A stretch of 64,000 nt of DNA from Geopsychrobacteraceae bacterium (GCA_963662315.1 OY759353.1:1984001-2048000), one strand, 5' to 3'; positions 19,657 through 30,599 are shown, numbered from the stretch's first letter. Numbers and translations: made by a program. The notes: generated by a model not told the origin, from the letters alone.

Positions 19657-19808
19657 ACAACCTCAAAAAAAAAACCGCAGTATGGTCTGTAAACAACGAG
19701 GTTACAGTTTACCATTACTGCGATTTCATAGCCAAAACGAAAAGAGGTGCCTCCAGTCCGGAAGCAACCCGGGAACGGATAACACGTTACCTTCAGGATT
19801 GTGTATTG

Positions 19809-20237
19809 TTAAATAATTTCAAGCAATTCAAGATCGAAGTTGAGAGCCTTCCCGGCCATGGGATGGTTGGCGTCAAGCATGATTTTACCATCTTCGGTCA
19901 GCTCTTTGACGGTCAGGAGTAACGGAGTGCCGTCGGGCATTTGCGTTTGAAACTGCTGGCCCAGTTCTGGCGCTAAACCTTCTTCAAACTGGTTGGGGTC
20001 GGCAGCAAAAACCATCTGCTCATTATAAGGTCCATAGGCTTCTTCTTCAGAGATATGAACCTTCTTGGTATCACCGACACTCATGCCAATAACCGCCTGA
20101 TCGAAACCTGGAATCACCTGGCCGGCACCAACTTCAAACTCAAACGGATCTCTGCCTCTGGAAGAATCAAAAACTTCACCATTATCAAGGGTTCCGGTGT
20201 AGTGTAGTTTTACTTTGTTGCCTGCTACGACTGTCAT
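19809..20237 (-). CDS. FKBP-type peptidyl-prolyl isomerase (SlyD/SlpA-like)
   Basis: HYTGTLDNGEVFDSS, VIPGF, DANHPMAGK. Confidence 0.92.
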   Translation of the reverse strand: MTVVAGNKVKLHYTGTLDNGEVFDSSRGRDPFEFEVGAGQVIPGFDQAVIGMSVGDTKKVHISEEEAYGPYNEQMVFAADPNQFEEGLAPELGQQFQTQMPDGTPLLLTVKELTEDGKIMLDANHPMAGKALNFDLELLEII

Positions 20238-20370
20238 GTTTGCTCCTGTTTTTTATGAGTATTGCCAATTTTTTATTGGTGAATCAGGGTTACATTTCTG
20301 ATCACGGAAATCAACCCCTCGGTCACCATTTTCTTAAATTCTAAAAAAATAGTCTGCAGAAACAGGAGCT

Positions 20371-20838
20371 TTAGACAGGATCACAGACGTTGGCCAGTTC
20401 AGCACCGGTTAAGGTTTGCAATTGAGCAACGGTCACCGGAACTGCGGAGAAACTGTTCCCGGCGGCTGCATAGACGACCGGAAACCGCGCTAATGACTGA
20501 TCCAAGACCAGAGGCAATTCTGCCGGCAGCAAAAAGGGGCAGACACCACCAGGCAGATATCCGGTGTATTCCTGAACATCTTCGGCCTCCGGAAGTTTGA
20601 CCTTTCCTGACAGCTGAAACGCCTGCTTCAGAAGAGAACTTTTGACCTTCATATCGCCACAAGTAACAACGGCAACAGCTGTCCCGCCGATGATAAACAG
20701 CAGGGTTTTGGCTATTTCCGCCACGCTACAGCCGACCGCTGTCGCCGCAGTAGCTGCTGTCGCCGTTTCCTGTTGATACTCCCAAACTTCAATATCATGT
20801 TGCTGTAGATAGGTTTTAATCTGACCGATATCAGGCAT
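20371..20838 (-). CDS. YbaK/EbsC-family aminoacyl-tRNA editing protein
   Basis: IAKTL, TGYLPGGVCPF, AAG. Confidence 0.88.
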   Translation of the reverse strand: MPDIGQIKTYLQQHDIEVWEYQQETATAATAATAVGCSVAEIAKTLLFIIGGTAVAVVTCGDMKVKSSLLKQAFQLSGKVKLPEAEDVQEYTGYLPGGVCPFLLPAELPLVLDQSLARFPVVYAAAGNSFSAVPVTVAQLQTLTGAELANVCDPV

Positions 20839-20841
20839 AAG

Positions 20842-22074
20842 CTATTCCTGCAGTAACGCCAACTGTTGAACCGCTTCTTCGGCCAGTTCAGGATCAAGAC
20901 GAGGATCACCGACAACCTTGCTCAGCAATTTGAGGGCATCCTTACGCCAGTTGCGTGCCATATAAGTCTGGGCCGCACGCAGCTGCCACCGTGGGTTATC
21001 CGGCTCTTCCCGGCACGCGGCATTAAATACGTCAAGCACCTTGGAAAGTTCTTTTTTCTGGCGCAGCCAGAACTCTGCCAAGGGCAAACTGATGCCTCCA
21101 CAGCCCCTGGATGGGATTCTTTTCAACGCCTGCTCTGCTTCTTCGAGACATGCCAAGCGCTCAAAAACCATGGCAGCCAGTTGCAGAAACGCCGGGTCCC
21201 CATTTTGTACGGTAAGGCCCAGACGCGCTTCCTGTCCAGCACGTTCAAGCTCCCCCTGCTGGGCGTAGAGGTATGTTAGTTGAGCATGACAGAAACGTGG
21301 ATTCATCCCTTTTTCAAGGAGAGAACGTAATAACTGTTCAGCAGCACGAAAATCATGAAGCTGCTGCAAAACGGTCACCAACGCTTCAATGACAAGGGGT
21401 TGTTCTCCTTTAAGCTGTAGCGATTGTTCTAATGCACTGCGCGCCTCCCCCAGCATCCCACAGCGACCATACAAGGAACCGAGTTCAAAATAAAAGAGAT
21501 CATCGCGCTCAGCGTTGGGTACCGACTGCCAGGCAACCAACGCACTCTGATCTTCGCCGGCATGGGTTAGCAGAAATGCCTGTTTAAAGGCGCTGCTCTT
21601 TTCCGTGTAACGCGACCGCATTTCCTCGGGGTAGGAGGTCAGTATCAGATCGAGTTGCAGATCATCATGTCCGGTGGAAGAATAATCCTCAGCGTTATCT
21701 TCGCCATCAGCCCCCCCGGAAATGGCATCAGGTCTTTCACATTTGGGGGTGTCATGCATTGCAGCGCTGATTTTCTGACGTAGGTCCTCATTGTGAACCA
21801 GGCTGGCAGCCAATTCAAAATATTCCTGAGCTTGCTTATGCTGACCATTGCGCTGAAAACCCAGCCCTTCATCAAGATTACGCCGAGCCAATTTATCACC
21901 GGCCTCTTCCGCCAACAGCAAGACCTGCTGTCTGGCCTCCGGATCAAGATCCTTGGCCAGCAGATCGTCTGCCATCACTCGTGCATCTGCATAACGCTTT
22001 TGATTTACTACTTTTTCAAGTTGCTCCAGAGTTGTTTTATTACCAAACAGCTTACCAAACAGCCCCATAAACAT
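20842..22074 (-). CDS. tetratricopeptide repeat protein
   Basis: Repeated helical TPR-like patterns along a long ORF. Confidence 0.7.
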   Translation of the reverse strand: MFMGLFGKLFGNKTTLEQLEKVVNQKRYADARVMADDLLAKDLDPEARQQVLLLAEEAGDKLARRNLDEGLGFQRNGQHKQAQEYFELAASLVHNEDLRQKISAAMHDTPKCERPDAISGGADGEDNAEDYSSTGHDDLQLDLILTSYPEEMRSRYTEKSSAFKQAFLLTHAGEDQSALVAWQSVPNAERDDLFYFELGSLYGRCGMLGEARSALEQSLQLKGEQPLVIEALVTVLQQLHDFRAAEQLLRSLLEKGMNPRFCHAQLTYLYAQQGELERAGQEARLGLTVQNGDPAFLQLAAMVFERLACLEEAEQALKRIPSRGCGGISLPLAEFWLRQKKELSKVLDVFNAACREEPDNPRWQLRAAQTYMARNWRKDALKLLSKVVGDPRLDPELAEEAVQQLALLQE

Positions 22075-22228
22075 GCTCTCCTGCTGACATCATTACCAGT
22101 CATTGTTTATATACATTTTAAACGGTCAAACATCTGGTTCAGAACAGCAACAGACTCTCCCCCGTAAAAGAAAGAAACCCGCAAGGGACATGCCCCTGCG
22201 GGAGAGAATCGGTTTCTGATTGAAACAT

Positions 22229-23320
22229 TTAAAAGACCGAATCTATCAGGTCAAAGTTCAGCTCTGATTCGGCCAATTGCTGGATGAGTTGGATTTTTTC
22301 TTCATCATCGACGCCGATTTTAGCAACATCCTCATTGATACAGGTATAAACCTCAGCGGTTGCTGATGGGGTCCGCATATAAGGAATACCAGAATCATCG
22401 ATAACCTTTTGGACAATGTCGGCAACTGGAGTCACACCAACAATGACCAGACCTGCAATCTTTTTCTTATATTCCTTCATATGATACAGAGTCGAAAGCA
22501 TAACCAGAACTTCGTCGCGGCTGCTGGTTACGATAACCAGGGTCGAATCTTTCAGCAGATCCACGACCCGTTGGGTGGCCGGCGCCGCCAATTGCACATG
22601 ATGGACAATTCTGCTGTATTGGTTTTTCGCCCCATGCAGATCCACTTTGAGCAATTCAGAGAGATACTTCAGAGTGGGATCGGCAAGAATCGGGGAATAA
22701 TTGAAGCCTCCGACAACTTTCAGGTCCATATCTTCAAAGGCAATCTCCAGATATTTTAAAGTCCTTTTGCGCTTGCTGCTGACCAGTTTGTTGGGCATGA
22801 CCATCCGAACTTCTGTGCCAAATTCGCGAAACAAAGCAAGATTCAGATGTACCACATCGATAACGTTACCAACACCGGCCCCTGTAATCATCAGCACCGG
22901 CGCTTCAAGCCAGCTGGCAAGTTGCGCGTTGTTCATGCCCATAACAGAACCGACACCGCTGTGACCAGCCCCTTCAATAATCAGGAAATCACACTCTTTT
23001 TCCAGGATCTCCACAGCTTTGACAATTTTATCAAGGTAGATTTGCGGATCCTTGCGGTTTTCAAGAAAATCACGGGTTGTATATTGATCAAGAACGACGG
23101 GAGACATCAGGTCCAATTTATCATCCATATCGTAAACATGAGCAATCAGGGCGGCGTCAACATCAACAGAGCGCCCCAGATAACTGGTACGTTTAGGACC
23201 AAAAGGCTTGATAAACCCGACTCGTTTGTACTTTTTTCTAGCAAGATGCAACAACGAGACGCTGGTCGTCGTTTTTCCACAGTTCTGCCCAGTTGCTGCA
23301 ACGAAAATTTTCTTGCACAT
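22229..23320 (-). CDS. BioD-like P-loop (AAA_26) + DRTGG protein (stand-alone Pta N-terminal region)
   Basis: ATGQNCGKTT, GFIKP, IIEGAGH; no Pta catalytic domain. Confidence 0.8.
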   Translation of the reverse strand: MCKKIFVAATGQNCGKTTTSVSLLHLARKKYKRVGFIKPFGPKRTSYLGRSVDVDAALIAHVYDMDDKLDLMSPVVLDQYTTRDFLENRKDPQIYLDKIVKAVEILEKECDFLIIEGAGHSGVGSVMGMNNAQLASWLEAPVLMITGAGVGNVIDVVHLNLALFREFGTEVRMVMPNKLVSSKRKRTLKYLEIAFEDMDLKVVGGFNYSPILADPTLKYLSELLKVDLHGAKNQYSRIVHHVQLAAPATQRVVDLLKDSTLVIVTSSRDEVLVMLSTLYHMKEYKKKIAGLVIVGVTPVADIVQKVIDDSGIPYMRTPSATAEVYTCINEDVAKIGVDDEEKIQLIQQLAESELNFDLIDSVF

Positions 23321-23377
23321 AAGCTTAACTCCTTCTCTTCATCCCACCGAATAGTGATTTCAGCGCAATTCATGCCA

Positions 23378-23390
23378 ATGGTATTACCAT
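23378..23390. promoter_or_regulatory. putative PdhR/LldR-type operator
   Basis: Perfect palindrome ATGGTA-T-TACCAT upstream of the 22229-23320 gene. Confidence 0.5.
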
Positions 23391-23497
23391 GAGCATAACA
23401 TTAATAACCGCATTATCTTTGTTGATTGACGTTGGTTCCTTAAACCACCTTTCTACCACTTTTATGTTCTTTACAATTCCATCAAGGACAGTCCTTA

Positions 23498-24352
23498 TCA
23501 GGTCAGAAACAGCTTACGCTCTTTCATAAACTCAGAAACGAATTTTTCCGCTAGATCATCGACGTGCATCGGATTTGCCTCAAGGGCCAGAGAGCCACGA
23601 CTGATGGCCAGATCAATAGGCTCCTCCTGGTCAAAACCAATACCAAAATGGCGACAGAAATCACTGGCCAAGCGCAGCACGGCACAGAGTTTATAAACCA
23701 CCGGATTATCTTCCCGCAACGCATCAAAATCAGGATGGTGCAAAGTGGCATCAACAATTTGCTTGGGGTAATTCCAGTAATCCAGCAACGCCGCCCCAAC
23801 CATTTCGTGAGAATAGGCAAACAGTCCGCGCTCGACATCACGTAACTGCCCTTTCCCTTCAGCAACAACCTGCAAGACCTGCAGGTACAGCTGTTTGTCG
23901 CGATTGATCATCAGCACCTTCCCGATATGATGCTGAAGCCCGGTCAGATAAGCGACTCCCTTATCAAGATTTGTCAACCGATCGGCGAGCATCCGGCATG
24001 CGACAGCACAGCCAATCGAGTTTTCCCACAATTTCCGTTCAATAATACCATATGTTTTATGGGTGCTGCGCAAACTATATTCAAGAGCCATATTTTTAAG
24101 GGCATCTTCACCAATCACAACGATGGCACGGTCAACCGTATTAACCTGCTTAACCAGCTTGTAATAAGCTGAATTTGCCATACGCAGCAGGCGCGCCGAA
24201 ATAACCGGGTCAAGAGATACCGCATTAGCAAGATCCTTGATCCGCAGGTCAGGTTTACGCAGTAAATCCAGGATTTTGGTCGCCACAATCGGAGACGGTG
24301 GCAGTTCTCCCATATTTTTAATGATCGACTCAAAATCGCGAAACATGTTCAT
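23498..24352 (-). CDS. HDOD-domain protein
   Basis: ELPPSP, DPVISARLLRMANSAYY, HHIGK, HEMVGA..W. Confidence 0.9.
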   Translation of the reverse strand: MNMFRDFESIIKNMGELPPSPIVATKILDLLRKPDLRIKDLANAVSLDPVISARLLRMANSAYYKLVKQVNTVDRAIVVIGEDALKNMALEYSLRSTHKTYGIIERKLWENSIGCAVACRMLADRLTNLDKGVAYLTGLQHHIGKVLMINRDKQLYLQVLQVVAEGKGQLRDVERGLFAYSHEMVGAALLDYWNYPKQIVDATLHHPDFDALREDNPVVYKLCAVLRLASDFCRHFGIGFDQEEPIDLAISRGSLALEANPMHVDDLAEKFVSEFMKERKLFLT

Positions 24353-24572
24353 GTCGGACTATCCGGTTTGGAGCTGATAGTGATTCAGCATCACTTAAGG
24401 CCCACACAGACAGCATGATAAAATGGGGGCCTTGTTTTACATCTATTGTTTCGAATATCTGGAATTTACCAGAAGCGAAAAAGAAGGTACATAAAAAATC
24501 AGGGACATGTGGTCCCTGATGTTATACGCAATAAAGAATAATTCACATGGATTAGAAAATCCAGTGCCGTAT

Positions 24573-24977
24573 TTAATGACCTTCGCAACCCAGTTCCACC
24601 AGCAGGCATGGACCTCCGGAAACCACATTGGTACCATGCTCCCGGCAGAAGGCAACCGCATCAGCACTCTCTGCCCCCGGCTGCATCCAGATATTTTTTA
24701 TCCCCTTGGCTGCGGCGGTCTGGACAATTTTTTCTGTGACCTGCGGTGGTGTGATAACAGAAAGGCTTATAACATTATCAGGCAGAGCCTCCACACTGGT
24801 CACGCAGGGGACTCCATCCAGTTCCGTCAACGCCGGATGAACAGGAATGACCTCATAACCGTGCTGGCGATAACAGGCAAACACCTTATAGCCGAATTTA
24901 TCGCGATTCGCAGAAGCGCCCACAACAGCGTAAATTTGCGAGGTAAAAAATTGTTTCAACTGCTCCTGTAGTGTCAT
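24573..24977 (-). CDS. CoA-binding protein (YccU-like)
   Basis: AVVGASANRDKFG, WMQPG, GPC. Confidence 0.9.
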   Translation of the reverse strand: MTLQEQLKQFFTSQIYAVVGASANRDKFGYKVFACYRQHGYEVIPVHPALTELDGVPCVTSVEALPDNVISLSVITPPQVTEKIVQTAAAKGIKNIWMQPGAESADAVAFCREHGTNVVSGGPCLLVELGCEGH

Positions 24978-25001
24978 GCTGTCATCTCCACCAGATCTGG
25001 A

Positions 25002-26417
25002 TTAAAAAACTGCGGCAACAAGATTAAATAACGGGGTCGGGTAAACTCCAAAGAAAATAATGGCGCAAGTACAGCAGGCCAAAACGAAATTTTCCTCTCC
25101 GGAACTTTTTTCAATATCTGTCAGAACTGCCTGGTCCTGCATGAACATGGATATGACCGGTTTAAGATAATAGTAGACCGACACCAGTGAACTGAAAATG
25201 CCCACGACGGCAAGTCCTCCGTAACCATGAGCAAGAGCAGTGCGGAACAGGCTGAACTTGGCAAAAAAACCGGCCAAAGGTGGAATACCCGCCAGAGAGA
25301 ACATAAACAAAGCCAAAATGATAGTGCGCTTGGGGTAAAGGTATCCAATCCCTCTGAGATCTGAATACTCCTGAATTTCACCGCGCGGAGAGCTCAGAGA
25401 GGTAACCACTGCAAAAGCACCAAAGGTTGAAAAACTGTAAATGATCAGATAAGTGAGCAAGGCCTTACTTCCATCGATACCGCCGACCAGTAACGCCATA
25501 ATCAGATAGCCCATATGAACAACCGAGGAGTAAGCCAGCATCCGCTTAATGTTGCTCTGGGGCAGCGCCACAAAAGTCCCGAGCAACATGGTTATGATAG
25601 CCAGCACCCAAAGAATCGATTTAACATCAGCTCCGGCATCTCCCAATAAGGACAGTAGCGGGAGCAGAGCGGTCAGCACGGCACCTTTGGCGGCGGTAGC
25701 CAGCAGGCCACTTACCGGGGCCGGAGCGCCCTGATAAACATCAGGAGTCCAGAGGTGAAACGGAACCAGCGATATTTTAAAGCCAATGGCAACCAGCAGC
25801 ATAGCCCAGCCTGCCAGTCCCAACGCGCGCAAACGACCATCCACGATCAGCCCGGTCATGGCTTCGGGCAGGTGAAACGTACCAACAGCGGTGTAAATCA
25901 GGGCAATGCCAAAAGCAATAAACCCCGTCGCTACGGCGCCAAAAACCAGATATTTGATCCCGGCTTCGGAACTTCTGTCATCTTCACGGTTAAAAGCAAT
26001 CAACACGTAAATGACCAAGGTAAAGGATTCAAGACCAAGAAAGACACCAAACAGGGAACTTGCCGCCGACAGCAACCCCATACCAGCCCCGGCGAACAGC
26101 AACAGCGCGGTATATTCCGAACCTGGGAAGCGCATCATATCTGCATAGCGCCGTGAAACAAGTAAAGTCATAGCAACAAGAAGAGCCCACATAATGCTGC
26201 AGAATCGTGCATAGACGGTGGTGACAAACATCCCTCCGACTTCGGTCAGTGTTGGCTCATAAACAGCGCTGCACAAAGCCGCAACACCGGCAATAACGAC
26301 TCCACAATAAAGCCAGCCGCGCCGTCCTGGAAACCAGGCTCCCAGCAACAGGACCAATGTCGCCCCAAGGGCGAGAATAATGTACGGCAGAAGTGATTGA
26401 ATGGCAGCGAAACTCAT
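25002..26417 (-). CDS. nuoN: NADH-quinone oxidoreductase subunit N
   Basis: EAGIKY, FKISLVPFHLWTPDVYQGAP; ATGA overlap with nuoM. Confidence 0.95.
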   Translation of the reverse strand: MSFAAIQSLLPYIILALGATLVLLLGAWFPGRRGWLYCGVVIAGVAALCSAVYEPTLTEVGGMFVTTVYARFCSIMWALLVAMTLLVSRRYADMMRFPGSEYTALLLFAGAGMGLLSAASSLFGVFLGLESFTLVIYVLIAFNREDDRSSEAGIKYLVFGAVATGFIAFGIALIYTAVGTFHLPEAMTGLIVDGRLRALGLAGWAMLLVAIGFKISLVPFHLWTPDVYQGAPAPVSGLLATAAKGAVLTALLPLLSLLGDAGADVKSILWVLAIITMLLGTFVALPQSNIKRMLAYSSVVHMGYLIMALLVGGIDGSKALLTYLIIYSFSTFGAFAVVTSLSSPRGEIQEYSDLRGIGYLYPKRTIILALFMFSLAGIPPLAGFFAKFSLFRTALAHGYGGLAVVGIFSSLVSVYYYLKPVISMFMQDQAVLTDIEKSSGEENFVLACCTCAIIFFGVYPTPLFNLVAAVF

Positions 26418-27901
26418 GGCAGTCCTCCGGTTTTCAGCAGCAGGCTGACCGGCCCCTGCAATTGACCAAGCAGAGGTTGAGGATAACAACCTAAGACAAC
26501 AACCAGAATGGCAAAGGGGATGAGCAGCAGCCACTCTCTGGCAACAAGATCCTGGCGATGAAACGGCTCACATGAAGGCCCCCAGATGGTCCCCTGTACC
26601 ATCCGCAAAATGTAGACGGCACTGAACAGAACCCCGCCCACGGCAATCGTTGCCCAGACTGGCTGCACTTTAAAAGTGCCAATCAGAACCAGAATCTCAC
26701 CAGAGAAGTTGGCCAGACCCGGTAACCCCAGAGACGCCAGGCTGAATAGCAGAAAAAATGCCGACAGATTGGGAACACTCTTCCATAAACCGCCAAGACT
26801 GTTGATATCACGGGTACCGGTACGTTTCTGCACCAAAGCAATGGCAATAAACATACCACCGGTCGCGATACCGTGGTTGATCATCAATAACAAACTACCC
26901 TCCCAGGCGATCTGCGACCAGGTCGCCAGCCCTAGCAGGACAAATCCCAGGTGGGATATCGAAGAGTAGGCAATAATGCGCTTGATATCCGTTTGCAAGT
27001 AAGCAATCCAGGCCGCGTAAAAAGTTCCTACCAGGGCCAGAACGGCCAAAACAGGAAGTGATTGTTGCGCAGCGTTGGGAAACAGTGGAAACGCAAACCT
27101 TACCAAAGCATAGACCCCCGTTTTCAGCAACAACGCCGCAAGATCAACAGCGCCTGAGACAGGCCCTTCACCATGAGCATCAGGCAACCAGCTATGCAAC
27201 GGAAACATGGGGATCTTGACGGCGAAAGCAGCAAGGAAACAGAGATAAAAAAGCAACTCATAGCCATAATCGAGCTGTGTCTGTTTTAAGGCTTCCAGAG
27301 CGAAGGTGTACTCCCCGGTTTGGGCGCCATGGATCAGGTAAAGACCGATCATGGCCAGCAACATGCACAGACTGCCCCCCAGCGTAAACAGGAAAAACTT
27401 GACAGCGGCCTGCACTCTGCCGGTATAGCCCCAGACCCCGATCAGGAAAAACGATGGAATGAGCATCAGCTCCCAGCTTAAGTAGAAAAGAATCAGGTCA
27501 AGGGCTAGAAATACACCGATGATACCAGATTCAAGCACCAGCAACAGAGCAAAGAAAAAAGCGGGATATTTATCCTGATCCCAAGCAACGATAATCGCCG
27601 CAATCTGCAAAAAGGCGGTCAACACCACCAGCAAAAAGGATAACCCGTCAAGCCCCAGAGTAAACCGAATTCCCAGGGTCTCTATCCAGGCATAATCGAC
27701 ATACTGCATCCAGCCGGCCCCATTTGATTGCCCGGAATAGCAGAAAAAACTGAGAACCAGCGTCACCACTGCAGCCATCAGGGCAACCAGGCGGCTTGCA
27801 GATGGCATACGATAGGTCAGCAGGCAACCAGTGGCCCCGAGAATCGGCACAAGCAGTAGAAAGCTTAACAAAGTAGATGATGTCACAATATCAACGGTCA
27901 T
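26414..27901 (-). CDS. nuoM: NADH-quinone oxidoreductase subunit M
   Basis: WELMLIP, HSWLPDAH, LLKTG, IAYSSISH. Confidence 0.95.
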   Translation of the reverse strand: MTVDIVTSSTLLSFLLLVPILGATGCLLTYRMPSASRLVALMAAVVTLVLSFFCYSGQSNGAGWMQYVDYAWIETLGIRFTLGLDGLSFLLVVLTAFLQIAAIIVAWDQDKYPAFFFALLLVLESGIIGVFLALDLILFYLSWELMLIPSFFLIGVWGYTGRVQAAVKFFLFTLGGSLCMLLAMIGLYLIHGAQTGEYTFALEALKQTQLDYGYELLFYLCFLAAFAVKIPMFPLHSWLPDAHGEGPVSGAVDLAALLLKTGVYALVRFAFPLFPNAAQQSLPVLAVLALVGTFYAAWIAYLQTDIKRIIAYSSISHLGFVLLGLATWSQIAWEGSLLLMINHGIATGGMFIAIALVQKRTGTRDINSLGGLWKSVPNLSAFFLLFSLASLGLPGLANFSGEILVLIGTFKVQPVWATIAVGGVLFSAVYILRMVQGTIWGPSCEPFHRQDLVAREWLLLIPFAILVVVLGCYPQPLLGQLQGPVSLLLKTGGLP

Positions 27902-27917
27902 AATAGTAACTATGCCT

Positions 27918-29768
27918 TTACGCTACGGCCCGAAGCAGGAACCAGCCGACAATAATCAAAAAGCCCCAGACAAATCCCTGCAGGTAATTTGACACCCGGC
28001 CATTGGACAAGATTCTCAGGGATTCTCCCCAACAGATAAAGGTTCTGGCACATCCATGCAGCAACCCGTTGACCAGTCCGGTTTCCACTCCATGCCAGCA
28101 AAAGCGGCACAGTTGATTGAATGGACGTAACAGCACCAGATCAAACAAGGCATCAAAACGCCAACCGGCGAGTAAAAAGCGGTTCAACGTACTTGACTTA
28201 GGGTCTTTAAAACGGAAATAACGCAGGTGAGCAAGCACCAGACCAATCAGGAACACGCCGACAGCCACGGCAATCAGGCGGTATTCGACAGCGACCGGAA
28301 CTTCGCCCACATCGTGAGCTTTATCAAGCCATTCTGACAACCACGAATGACCGCCGAACAGATGCGGCAGGTTGAGCAGCCCTCCCGCCAGGCCAAGAAT
28401 CGCCAATGGCACCAGGGGCCATTTCATCAACTCCGGCAGTTCATGGGGGAGTTCATCACCCCGATACTCACCGGCAAAGACGAGGTAGCCAAGTTTAAAG
28501 CTGTAGAAGGAGGTCATCCCGGCGGTCACAATTCCCAGGGCATAGACAGCATAATAGAAGGGCGTCCCTTTGGCATATGCCGCAGCCAGAATCAGATCCT
28601 TGGAGAAAAAGCCCCCGGTCAGCGGCATACCGGCCAGGCAGACCAGACCGGCCATGAACAACCAGAACACGGTCTGAGAACGTTTCCGCATCCCCCCCAT
28701 CAGGTAGATGTCATTCTCATGCCCGGCCAGATTAATAACGCAGCCGGCGGCCATAAACAGCAGTGCTTTAAAAAAGGCGTGGGTGAGCAGGTGAAACATG
28801 GCGGCAGAAACACTGCCGACCCCAACCGCGAGGAACATGTAACCAACCTGACTCATGGTAGAATAGGCAAGGACACGTTTAATTTCACGTTGCCCAAGAG
28901 CGCAGGTTGCCGCATACAGCGCGGTAAGAACCCCGACCAGCGCAATTGTCGCCAGCGCTGTCGGAGAGAGGGAAACCAGTGGAAACAAGCGACACAGCAA
29001 ATAAACACCGGCGGTGACCATGGTCGCAGCGTGGATGAGTGCCGATACCGGGGTCGGGCCCGCCATGGCATCGGGCAACCAGGTCATCAGTGGTAGCTGA
29101 GCGCTTTTACCACAGGCGCCCCCTAACAGCAGCAGGGAAATAGCCGTCACGGTGAAACCATCTAGCTCGCTGACACGGCCATTGATGGCTTCAATGCCAA
29201 TGGTTCCAAACACTTTAAACAGCCACAAAACAGCCACAGTGAAAAACAGATCGCCGATCCGTGTAACGATAAAAGCTTTGCGCCCAGCGGAAGCATTTTC
29301 TGTTTTTCTGTACCAGAAGCCGATCAAGCCATAAGAACAGAAGCCCACTCCTTCCCAACCGAGGAACATCAACAACAGATTATCGGCCAGAATAATAGCA
29401 AGCATGGCAAAGACAAACAGGTTAAGGAAGGCAAAAAAACGTGTCTGATCGGGATCCTCTTCCATGTAGCCAGCGGCATACAGATGAATCAGACTGGCAA
29501 CTCCGGTAACCATCAGGGTCATAATGGCCGCCAGAGGATCAAACAGCAGGCCAATGTCTGCTTGGAAAGAACCACTCTTCAACCAGGTAAACAGGACGAC
29601 ACGTAGACCTTCAGCTGCGTTCGGAAAGCATCCCAGGCAGGCCAGGAAACTGGCAATTACACTGCCGCAGGCAATGATAACCGGGACCGGTTTCGGCAGC
29701 CGGTTACCAAAGCAAACATTGATCAGACCACCGCACAGGGGGAGTAATAACGTCAGAATCAATAACAC
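27918..29768 (-). CDS. nuoL: NADH-quinone oxidoreductase subunit L
   Basis: WEGVG, KSAQLPL..WLPDAMAGPTPVSALIHAATMV. Confidence 0.96.
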   Translation of the reverse strand: MLLILTLLLPLCGGLINVCFGNRLPKPVPVIIACGSVIASFLACLGCFPNAAEGLRVVLFTWLKSGSFQADIGLLFDPLAAIMTLMVTGVASLIHLYAAGYMEEDPDQTRFFAFLNLFVFAMLAIILADNLLLMFLGWEGVGFCSYGLIGFWYRKTENASAGRKAFIVTRIGDLFFTVAVLWLFKVFGTIGIEAINGRVSELDGFTVTAISLLLLGGACGKSAQLPLMTWLPDAMAGPTPVSALIHAATMVTAGVYLLCRLFPLVSLSPTALATIALVGVLTALYAATCALGQREIKRVLAYSTMSQVGYMFLAVGVGSVSAAMFHLLTHAFFKALLFMAAGCVINLAGHENDIYLMGGMRKRSQTVFWLFMAGLVCLAGMPLTGGFFSKDLILAAAYAKGTPFYYAVYALGIVTAGMTSFYSFKLGYLVFAGEYRGDELPHELPELMKWPLVPLAILGLAGGLLNLPHLFGGHSWLSEWLDKAHDVGEVPVAVEYRLIAVAVGVFLIGLVLAHLRYFRFKDPKSSTLNRFLLAGWRFDALFDLVLLRPFNQLCRFCWHGVETGLVNGLLHGCARTFICWGESLRILSNGRVSNYLQGFVWGFLIIVGWFLLRAVA

Positions 29769-29772
29769 TGTC

Positions 29773-30078
29773 TCAGCCCCTCATCTCGTTGAAATCACGA
29801 ATATCAATACTGTTTTTACGTCGTTGCAGGTAAATGACCATGGCTAAGGCAATCCCAATCTCAGCCGAAGCCATTGCCATGAGGAAAAAGACCATGATCT
29901 GGCCGTCAATCTGCTGCCAGAAAGCGGAAGCACCAACCAATACCAGGCCTACGGCATTGAGCATAATCTCGGCCCCGATAAACATCATGATCAGACTGCG
30001 GCGAACGACGACGCAGGACAGCCCCAGAACAAAGACGATAGTGGCAATAATCAGCAGGTGTTCAATAGGCACAATCAT
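29773..30078 (-). CDS. nuoK: NADH-quinone oxidoreductase subunit K
   Basis: EIMLN, AE.GIALA; operon position. Confidence 0.93.
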   Translation of the reverse strand: MIVPIEHLLIIATIVFVLGLSCVVVRRSLIMMFIGAEIMLNAVGLVLVGASAFWQQIDGQIMVFFLMAMASAEIGIALAMVIYLQRRKNSIDIRDFNEMRG

Positions 30079-30599
30079 TTCCGGACCTCCAACTCGTTGG
30101 CCTGGGTCGGACGGGCGATGTAGAATGCCCCAACCACTGCAAACAGCAACTGAAAAGAGGCAATTTCAACTGCGAGGGCATATTCCTTAAATAGGGTATA
30201 GCCAAAATCACGCGGAGTCGCATGCCAGCGGGGAAGCTCCTGGGCCGCGGTTGTGTCAATTCCGGTCAGCAGCAAAGTGCAGGCCGCCAGTGCTGCAGCC
30301 ACCAGAAACATGGGAATCCACTGGTGCCGCAAGGGGGCCATGGGGGAAACCCCGTGCGCTGGAGAAACCTCCAGGATCATGATGACAAACAGAAACAGCA
30401 CCATGATGGCACCGGCGTAGACGATCACCTCCCAGGCGGCAACCAGCGGCGCGCCAAGAAGGTAGAACATCAGGGCCAGGGCAAAGAAACTGTTGACCAC
30501 GTAAAGGACGGCATGGACCGGGTTTCTTTGCATAATGGCCAGTAAAGTCGTGATGATCATCAGCGCGCCAAGAAGATAAAACAAAGTCGTCGCAATCAT
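30075..30599 (-). CDS. nuoJ: NADH-quinone oxidoreductase subunit J
   Basis: [22 protein letters not shown]. Confidence 0.94.
   Translation of the reverse strand: MIATTLFYLLGALMIITTLLAIMQRNPVHAVLYVVNSFFALALMFYLLGAPLVAAWEVIVYAGAIMVLFLFVIMILEVSPAHGVSPMAPLRHQWIPMFLVAAALAACTLLLTGIDTTAAQELPRWHATPRDFGYTLFKEYALAVEIASFQLLFAVVGAFYIARPTQANELEVRK

Noticed and set aside
19700..19714. GGTT...ACC as a LexA box for dinB
   Set aside because: Spacing does not fit the Geobacter-type consensus I recall; it is part of the larger hairpin
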